A stretch of DNA of 63,784 nucleotides, filler included, from Cercozoa sp. M6MM (Eukaryota; Protista; Endomyxa: Ascetosporea): the NCBI GenBank assembly GCA_040357565.1. It is 8 parts of 8 records of this genome, joined end to end, with 100 filler letters (N's around TTAATTAATTAA, not from the genome) between each part and the next. Parts side by side here need not be neighbours in the genome. Positions count along the whole stretch, not along the records: positions 53,877 to 56,790 come from JBDODJ010001675.1; positions 56,891 to 59,947 come from JBDODJ010001628.1; positions 60,048 to 63,784 come from JBDODJ010001332.1; 5 more parts are not named here. One strand, 5' to 3'. The notes under the pieces are model-generated. The model searched no databases, was not told the DNA's origin, and saw only the letters and a list, made by a program, of their open reading frames with translations. Below are positions 55,249-63,784 of this stretch, in pieces (position 1 is the first letter of the stretch; each line of letters starts with the position of its first letter). A program made the translations under genes and the position numbers.

Positions 55249-56723
55249 ATGTCAGCCTGGCAGATCAAGCGTGAGAATGTAAGTTGTTTTGTTGGAATCA
55301 CTGCGTGCGGGTGTCTCACCCGAACGGATACTATGTCGTGACATAACTATCTTGGCCGCCAGCGCGTCCGCTCTGCCTGTGGGCTTTGGGCGCTTGTTTT
55401 TTGTGTTTCTTCCCCAAGCTTCGCCGTGTTTTGCTTTTTTGTCGTTTCGCGCTGATGTTTGTCGAAATTGCATTCTTGTTTTTTGTTTTGTTTGATTTGT
55501 ACTTGTGTGTGAACAGGACGCGCTTAACCGCGCCAAGGCGCTGTCAGAGGTGGGAGACCAGCGTGGCTCCTACGAGACGCTGGTGCCGCTGGTGCACCGG
55601 CGGCAACAGCGACAGTGGACGGTGACGATGGAGGCCATCGTGATGCGTCTCGCCGAGATCTGCGTCGAGCTGCGGAGACCAATGAAGGAGGTGTTCTACC
55701 AGTTCCGCATGCTGGCGACGACGCAGTCGCTCAGCAAGACGCTGCTCTACTGGGTCGAGCTGTCCGAGAAGGCCGCGCAGAAGGAGCTCGCCGAGGCTTA
55801 CGTAACACCTGCCCTGTGGGCACTCTTGTGTTTTATAAGAAGGTTGCCTTGCCTCACAGGCTGCGTTCGAAGAGCGCGCCGTGACGCTCAAGGAGAGCGG
55901 CGCCTCGGACGAGCAGATCGAGAGCGAGCGCACGCAGGTGCAGTTCGGCACGCAGTACCTGCGCTACCAGTGGGACGCCTACCGCACGTTGCTCGACACA
56001 ATCCGCAACAACGGCGAGCTCACTGGTAGCCGTTGCTCGTTTGCCTCCCCCCTCCCCCACTATCCTGTACCCTACCCTGACTAAACAGACGTGTACCACG
56101 ACGTGGTGGGCCGATCGATCAAGTTCTGCACGACGCTGAAGCGCACGGGCGAGTTCCGCAAGTTGTGCTACAACCTGCGGCAGCACCTCGAGTTCATCCA
56201 GAAGAAGCAAGGCCAGCCGGCGCAGACCATGACGATCGGCGGCCGCAGCGTCACGCTGGTCGGTGTCGACATCAACAAGGCCGAGGTGCTGCAGCCCTTC
56301 CTGCAGGGCCGCTTCGACGTGCTGGAGGCGGCCACGCAGCTGCAGATGTGGCAGCAGGCCTACTACCAGATCGAGGAGATCCACTCGCTCATCGATGCCT
56401 CGGACGCCGAGCTGCCGCAGCGCTTTGTGAGCACGTACTACCGCCAGTTGGCCAGTGTCTTCTCGCAGAGCAACCGGCCGTCCTTCCATGCCTACTCGCT
56501 CGAGGTACTCCACCCACATACACCACTCTCATTGTCTACCCCACCACCTTCCCCCTGTTCTGCACAGGCCTGCCTGTCGCTGGCCGAGCAGACGTTGGCG
56601 GAGCAGGCGTCGGTCAAGCTGGAGGAACTCCTGACCGCCAAGACCTCCTTCGAGCAGGCCAAGGAGCAGGTCGAGCTCATGATGCGCGACGAGCGCGACA
56701 AGATGCGTCCGCTCGTTGACAAG
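55249..56723 (+). CDS. EIF3A: Translation initiation factor eIF3 subunit A, 3'-truncated
   Basis: ALNRAKALSEVG, W...MEAIV...CVELRR, QWDAYRTLLDTIRNN, FC...KRTGEFRKLCYNLRQHL, LQMWQQAY...EEIHSL and YYRQLASVF...FHAY. Confidence 0.92.
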
Positions 56724-56741
56724 GTGTGTCTGCTGTCTTGT

Positions 56742-56790
<49 letters not shown>

Positions 56791-56890
56791 NNNNNNNNNN
56801 NNNNNNNNNNNNNNNNNNNNNNNNNNNNNNNNNNTTAATTAATTAANNNNNNNNNNNNNNNNNNNNNNNNNNNNNNNNNNNNNNNNNNNN

Positions 56891-57090
56891 GTGTGTGATC
56901 TTAGATCAAAGGAGATATGCGAGAAATCATGGTTGCCAACGCTCGGGAGGAGCAAAAGAAACTGCAAGGCGCGCACTGGCAAGATCAATCCGCCGATGCG
57001 GTCGCAGATCATCAGTGTACAGCACACACATACACGCACGCACACACACACACGCACACACAACCGCGCACGCACACACACACAACCGCG

Positions 57091-57128
<38 letters not shown>

Positions 57129-57467
57129 CACACACTGTTTTCAGGCCACGGTCAAGGCGTGCGACTTTGTCAACACCCACCAGCGGGGCGCAGAGCGACG
57201 TGGATGCCTCGGATGTCGCCGACTCGTCCGACGCCGAGTTCGTGCAGGACCCTGAACTGGCTGCAACTGGCTGCGACGCAACCGCGGCGCAGTGCTCGCA
57301 TCGCCCGTAAGAACCTGCTCCCGACTCAGACCCTTCCGGATGATGCGATCCCTCACGAAAATGTCGAACCCCCCGCCAGGAATTCGTTCGACAGCGATTC
57401 GGACGTCGAAGGCGGCGACATGTACGACTCTGACGATTTCTTGGTCAACGACGGCGATGGCGGCTGA
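56891..57467 (+). CDS. 3' end of an unknown gene with an acidic tail
   Basis: Exon-like ORFs ending [25 protein letters not shown]. Confidence 0.35.
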
Positions 57468-57841
57468 TCTTCGGTTGACACGTTCACTCTAGTAGTTTAA
57501 ACCTAATTTAGTACGTGTGTTCTCTATTAAGCTGATTTAGGTCGGTCGATTCAAATTATTAAGCAATTTATTAAAGAAATTCAAGGGTAGTAGTCGTCAA
57601 TTTTGGAACTTTCCGAGAACGTATATACGTCTATAAGGAGTTTTACTTGTAATCGCAGGGGTACTGCTTGCAAAAAACTCGAACAGTTGTTCAAAACTTG
57701 TGCCGATATCAATGACCACAAGTTTTGTTTTCTACAGCCGATGCCAACTGAAATGTACACAACGAAACGAAACGTAACTAAACGAAGCGAACTCTGCTGG
57801 TCTTGCGTTGGTTGCCTCATCCTGGCAGCTCTCCCGATCGT

Positions 57842-59296
57842 TTACACACGTTGTCTCTTGCTCTTCTTCTTCTTGACGAGCTCACCCGAGGCCAGCTGCG
57901 ACACGAGCAGACAGTCAAGGCATCAAGCATACTCTCTGCGTAGAAGGGAGAGTGGTACCTTGGCAGCACGGGTCTCTTCGAAGTTTCGGCGTGCCTCGCG
58001 GTAGTTGCCGAGGAGTTCTTCGAGCGTCTCGCCCTCCTCCAACAAATCCTCCAGCTATACACCAACACAGACACACAGTGCACACACAGTGCACACACAG
58101 ACATACGCAGACACAGACAAAGATACACACACACACACACAGACACACGCACAGACAACCTTCCCTCCCTCTGCTAAAGGAGGCACCTTGCCAATGTCGA
58201 CGAGCGGGTTGAGACGAATGGCGCCGTGTTGCAGTCGCTTGCGCATGCGCTGGCGTCGCTTCTCAATCGTGTCGGGTCTGTTTTCCACTCGCCTGCACAC
58301 ACACATATAATGTATAATATATGTCACACATACCTATATTATGTATAGATATATCATGCAAGGTACAGCTCCTCGAGGTCCCAGCCAGGCGGCAGCGTGT
58401 CGTCCATCTCCCTGAGTTTGCGGCCGTCGTTTTGCTCACGCAGGACCTGCCAAGGAGGCCAAAGAGTCAGCACAGTAAGTCACACTCAGGGAAGGATATG
58501 CATACATGCAAATATATATATATATATATATAAACAAATAGATAAGACAGACATACAGGCAGACAGATAGCTAGATATAGATAGATAGATAGACAGAAAG
58601 AGAGGGAGAGGGAGAGAGAGAGGACACCTGTCGCTTCATGTACTTGGCGAGCTTCTTGCGCACGAAGGGCGTCTGCTTGGCGTAGGGCGTGCTGCCGAGC
58701 TCGATCGTCGACTTGGGCAGGCCAGCCATGTCCCACAGCCAGGCCGGGTAGTCGCAGTCGCGCATCGGCTGTTCAAAACACAACGAAACTTGCTTGTTGT
58801 CGTTGTTGTTTTTTTGAAGGCAACATTGTTGAAGGCAACACAGACATAGGAACACAGACATAGGACGCACCTTGGGAGCAGGAGCGCCCTTGCGCACCAC
58901 GGCAAAGGAGAGGTCGACATCCTTGACGTCCTCGCTGTCCATCTCGGGGTGGTACGTGTCCAGTCCCGGGTAGAACCGCTGCAACGGGTCCAGATCGTTG
59001 TGCGTCCACGACTCGGGCACTGCATTCGCACACAACAACATGCAACAAGCAAGCAAGCACATCATCAGGCATGGAGTGACACAAGCTACCAACTTCAGGC
59101 GGCGGCGGAATCGCCTCCACAGGACCGCCGGCAGCAGCGGCGCCGCCACCGCCACCCTTGCCCTTCTTGACCTTCTTGGCCAGCAAGCGCCGCTGTGTCC
59201 AAATGAATGACAAACCAAAGTGACCAAACCCAGGAAAAAAACAAAATTTCAGTCTACCTGCAGTCCCCTGCGTGTAACCGCGCGCGTCAGGAACAT
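57842..59296 (-). CDS. MRPL54: Mitochondrial ribosomal protein mL54-like with a C-terminal extension
   Basis: Presequence-like MFLTRAVTRRGL, then AKKVKKGKGG and the mL54 motif P..D.DYPAWLW. Confidence 0.75.
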
Positions 59297-59439
59297 GCTC
59301 GGGCACTCCCAAAACGTTGCACACGTTAGTACAATAGGTGCGAGAGGCGGAATCAACCGCGCCGCTGCGCAATTTTTTTAAGGCTGCAGTAACACATGGG
59401 CAGACACCGTGTTCAGCACCTAGAGTGGTTCCTCACATC

Positions 59440-59911
59440 ATGGAGGAGCTAAAGGCTCTTTGTGCGCGCTTTCAGCAGGTATCGTGACATTGTGTGACCC
59501 AATGTTTGAGGGGGCTGGTGGGGGTACAAGTGTTCTGCCACGTTTGCTGTGCTGTCGCAGCTGCTGGCGTCGGACGTCAAGGCGGCGCAGAAACGCGATG
59601 CACGACGAGGGCCGGTGGGTTGCTTTCTAGGAGGGAGGCTGGCATGATCTACGCCTAGTGTGACACAGGTGCTGCTGACGCAGCGCATGTCGGATGCGTG
59701 CGACACTCTACAGTCTGTGCATCGCGTCGGTACTTTTCTTCTTGTGTGTGTGTATGAGTGTGTATGTGTGCTGGAGTCTGTTCTTGTGCGTATGCACGTG
59801 TGCTCTGTGTCGGCAGTGTGCCAACTGCGTGCGCCGGCCTGCAGTGCGACGGTGCACAAGACGCTGCTGCCGCTGTTCGCTGCCACCAGGGGTCACTTCG
59901 TGCGTGCCAAG
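59440..59911 (+). CDS. 5' part of an unknown gene, truncated
   Basis: MEELKALCARFQQ followed by short exons. Head-to-head with mL54. Confidence 0.4.
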
Positions 59912-60047
59912 GTTTGTTCTCCTTTTCGTTTGTAGCCCCCCCCCCCCNNNNNNNNNNNNNNNNNNNNNNNNNNNNNNNNNNNNNNNNNNNNTTAATTAAT
60001 TAANNNNNNNNNNNNNNNNNNNNNNNNNNNNNNNNNNNNNNNNNNNN

Positions 60048-60087
<40 letters not shown>

Positions 60088-60154
60088 GCGTGTGTGTGTG
60101 TGCGTGTGCGTGTGTGTGTGTCCATACTGGAGACAATGCATGCAACCAATGTAG

Positions 60155-60615
60155 ACGAATGGAGCTGGAGGAGCGCGCCAAGACGGACAAAGATCTCGCT
60201 GCTCGACTCGTGTGCTTTCCATGTGACCCGCGGTGTCTGTGTGACCCTTGTTTTTATTTGCGGTATTCGGCAGGCCGAGGAGAAACGCCTGCGCGCACTG
60301 GGCCAGCGCGTCGCGGCGGACTTTGTGACGCGCGAGGAAGAGGCGCCCGACACGGAGGCACTGCCGTGGTACGCTGCCACTGCGCAGGTCGAGGACGCCG
60401 GTGTTGCACGCTACGTCGGCAAGGCTGGCGGCCAGACCAAGGCCGGCGGTGTTGCTGCCGTGCTGCAGAAGTCGCTTGAGCGGCAGCGCGAGCAGCAGCG
60501 CAAGGAACAAGAACGACTCGAACAGGCGCGCCAACAACAGCAGCAGCAACAGCAGCAGCAGCAGCAGACTGCTGAAGATGACGCTGACTACGCCGACTTT
60601 AGCTCGTGGATGTAG
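60155..60615 (+). CDS. PPIL2: 3' end of a PPIL2/Cyp60-like cyclophilin
   Basis: C-terminal GVARYVGK...YADFSSWM* matches the GVGKY...DFSSW end I recall for PPIL2. The catalytic domains are not in the window. Confidence 0.6.
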
Positions 60616-60689
60616 CCAGACTTGACATGCAAGTCTTGCGTAGGCATCCAAGTTTTGACATAGGCGTTTAGTGAACACATGTGACTCGG

Positions 60690-62136
60690 TTAACTTGAGG
60701 CGGCTGTTGCAACGGTTACGCTCGAGTCGGACTGCCTCCGTCGGTCCAAGAGCCAGCGGTGGCGCGCCGGACGCTTCTGTCGGCGCCGGCGGCGCTGGCC
60801 GGTCGGTCGCTTGGCCGTGGCATCGGTGCTGTCGCCGACAACTTTCTTCTTCCGCATCGACAGACTGCAACGATTAATTGAATGAATATTTGGGAATATT
60901 AGGTGAAAAAATAAACAGTAAACAAACAACTAAATAAGTAAGCAAACATAAATAAAATACAATAAATAAAATAAAGGTAAATAATAAAGAAAGGTACAAA
61001 CAAATACACAAATAAACAAATGAAATAAACAAACTAATAAACAAATACAATAAAGTGGATAAAAACAAACAAAGAACCAAACAAATAAAATGCAATTAAT
61101 AGATAGAAACAAAAGGACACAACATATCAGTAAATGAATAGAATAAACAAAGAAAAAAAAATAGAAATAAATAAATAAATAAATAAAATAAATCAATAAA
61201 ATAAGTCAAATAAATAAATAAAAATACGGATTCGGAGCGGCGGCGACGCGGCGTTTCTGTCGTTTCTGCTTGGGCAGCGCCTGCGCCGGTCCAGCCTCGA
61301 CGCCGAGCTCGCGCGAGATCAGGCGAAACGCGCGTTTCTCGCGTTTCTTGCTTTCGCGCGCAGCTTGCAGTCGCTGCTGCTGCTGGTGCCGCAGCTTGCG
61401 CGCGAAGCCTTTCGACGGTGCCTACACCATACACAGTGGGGTACCTTACTACAGGGGTACTTTACTACAGGGGTACTTTACTACAGGGATACAGGGGTAC
61501 TTTACTACAGGGGTACAGGGTACTTTACTACAGGAGGGTACCTCGAGTGTGGGTGTTCGTCCGTGTGCCAGAATGAGTGGCACGCCAGCTCGTCGGGCAG
61601 CCGCGCGGAGCTCGCTCATCTGGGCGCAGATGATCCATGACTTGCGCACTGACTCGTTATTGTTGTCGTTGTTGTTGTTGTTGTTGTTGTCGCACAGAGG
61701 TGCAGACACCAGGGCAGGCACGGCGGTGCAGATCTCGGCGCGAGTGGCTGCAACAGCGTCGCCACCGTGCGTGTCTTCACTCGTGTCGGTGTGCGCATCC
61801 GGAGCCATTTCGAACGACTGCGCAATCTGCAGAGCGCCGCGGTAGTGCGGACCGTGGTGCCGCAGCATCTCGCAGAAACTCCGGTGGGTATAAAATGTGC
61901 ATTGCTCACTCGGCAGCTCCAGCAGCTTTGTGACCTGCCACAACACAAAGATACCCCCTACCCTTCCATACTGCAGGTGCAATTACCTGCTCGCGAATGT
62001 TGAGTCGCTGCTCCAGTGCCTGGTGGCAGAACAGAGGGCCCACAAGCACAGCGAATGGCGGCTCCACCCCGAGACTGTCCTTGTATTGCCTCAGGATACG
62101 CCGCACGCGCTTCTGGCGCACGACTTTGAGACCCAT
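60690..62136 (-). CDS. UTP23: rRNA-processing protein UTP23 (PIN/Fcf1 family)
   Basis: MGLKVVRQKRVRRILRQYK...GALQIAQSF...ICAQMSELR...GVPLI...LEAPS, then a basic tail with APNP|..SMRKKK. Confidence 0.78.
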
Positions 62137-62283
62137 AGGAAAGCAACACTAGCACTACACGTTTCGCAGACACTCTTAGTCTCAAAGACGCCTGTGCCGG
62201 GCCGCTCGGCTCCATCGACTCACTTTGAGCCGCACTCAGCATAAAGGCTGGCATCACAGATTGCTGTGCTCACGGCTTGGCTT

Positions 62284-63481
62284 ATGCCGGTTTCGTCCAG
62301 GTACAGCTCGGCTAGAAGATTGCTGATTGTTCTGTTCTGTGTCGGGGGCAATGATAAAAGTTGGCATTCTTGATTTCACAAAAGCAGCCCGAGCCGGCAG
62401 GCGAAGCGGCCGCGCTTTGTGGAGAGACTCGAGCAGAAGCTCCGAGAGCGGCAGCACGAACCTAAATTCGCAGTGGACGACTTGGTGTGGGCACTGTGGT
62501 ACCATTCAACATTGGACAGTCGGAACAAGCAGCAATTTGCTTGTTATGCAGGGAGTTCGATCGCAGTCAGTCGCGCGACTGGTGCAAACGCACCGGCTTT
62601 CGTCGCTTCGATGAGGATGAACAGGTGTGCTGAAACTTTCGGGTTGTTGGAAAGCTTAACTGGCTTGAAAGCTGAGTTGCTGGTCTTTTTGTTTTGCAAA
62701 CTGATTGCTGATCTTTGTTTTGCAAGCTGATTGCTGATCTTGAGTGGTGCAAGCTGAGTCTTGCAAGCTGAGTGGTGCAAGCTGAGTTCTCAATGTGACA
62801 GTTGTGCTTTAACGATGAGCCTTTGACGTTTGCTGAGTTAAACTGCTGACTCGGAGTTCTACAGTCTGAAAGCTGGGCATCTCTTGAGTCGTCTGGGTGT
62901 GTGTTCAGAGCGTGCGCGTCTGGTGGCCTGCTTTGGTGCACGAGTTGCCCAAAGGTCGACGCAGAGGCTACATGGTAGAGTCCTCTGTTGTTGTTGCTCT
63001 GTATCTGGGATGTGTGTTTTTCTTGTATCTTTCAGTTGAGATTTCTCGGCTTTGAAATCAAGGAAGAACTCAAGAGTACCTGGCTGAGGTAGTGTCAGTT
63101 TAAGCCCCCTCTTTACCCCCCCCCCCCCGTCCCCCCCTCCCTCAGGCTAGAGGCGACGAAACTGCTGCCGTGGAGTGCCGTTGCGAAACCAAAAGCCACC
63201 GAATTCGAGTTACAGTCGGCACAGTCTAACAAGGTGAGCACTTGACACGTGTGTGACTGACTGACTGACTGGGTGACTGGGTGACTGAGTGACTGGGTGA
63301 CTGAGTGACTGAGTGACTGGGTGACTGGGTGACTGAGTGACTGGGTGACTGACTGGGTGGCACGTGACCGATACAGCACTCCAGCACCGAACGCAACCGC
63401 AACGACAAGCTGCAGGACCGCGTGCAGTTCGTTTTCGCGCAACTGCTCGACGTCGAGAAACGCGCCGAGTGGCTGCGGCGC
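62284..63481 (+). CDS. PWWP-domain protein, 3'-truncated by the window end
   Basis: KFAVDDLVWAL...VWWPALV...LRFLG...KLLPW across GT-AG exons. Confidence 0.7.
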
Positions 63482-63784
63482 GTGCGTGGGCCTTTTTGGC
63501 GGCACGGCGACATTGTCGGCGGTGCCTTTGCCCCCCCCTTACCCCCCTTACCCCCCACCCCCCTTTACCCCCTTTTACGACTGTGTTTACTACTGTATTT
63601 ACCAGCCTATTCATCAGCCTATTGACTACTGTATTTAGTACTGTATTTACTACTGTATTTTCTACTGTGTTTACTACTGTATTTAGTACTGTGTTTACTA
63701 CTGTGTTTACACTGTGTTTACTACTGTATTTACTACCCTGTTACCCCCCTGTTACCCCCCTTATTTACCCCCCTATTTACCCCC

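Noticed and set aside
61441-61540. Short repeat arrays as CRISPR-like arrays
   Set aside because: The repeats are head-to-tail without unique spacers, lie in spliceosomal introns, and no cas genes are present.
63530-63784. C-rich repeats as a telomere or interstitial telomeric array
   Set aside because: The unit is degenerate TTTACCCC, not a regular CCCTAA/CCCTAAA array, and the same motif fills many internal introns.

Overview
Gene-dense, intron-rich nuclear DNA from a unicellular eukaryote; the actin looks protist-like (possibly SAR/Rhizaria), which I cannot verify. The window is not one locus. Seven 100-nt spacers (N44-TTAATTAATTAA-N44) join eight apparently unrelated contigs, and there are two plain 100-N gaps. 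By hand-splicing GT-AG introns I recognise actin, RPB7, eIF3a (partial), Derlin, a choline-transporter-like protein, L-threonine 3-dehydrogenase, ACBP, DUF924, a zinc-ribbon+LIM protein, a small Tim chaperone, a LOG phosphoribohydrolase, an M14 carboxypeptidase, mL54, UTP23, the PPIL2 3' end, a PWWP protein and a divergent DEAD-box helicase. Mobile DNA includes a 4.6-kb CCCC-ended DNA transposon with TIRs and a 3-bp TSD, a solo LTR with a 4-bp TSD, and the 5' part (LTR, PBS, gag-like ORF) of an LTR retrotransposon. The most unusual signals are three: an intron architecture with minimal GTR donors and intron-confined tandem repeats, some built from splice-signal-like motifs; a multi-pass membrane protein fused in frame to C2H2 zinc fingers; and a PAXX-like protein. 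All family calls come from motif recognition by eye, not from database searches.
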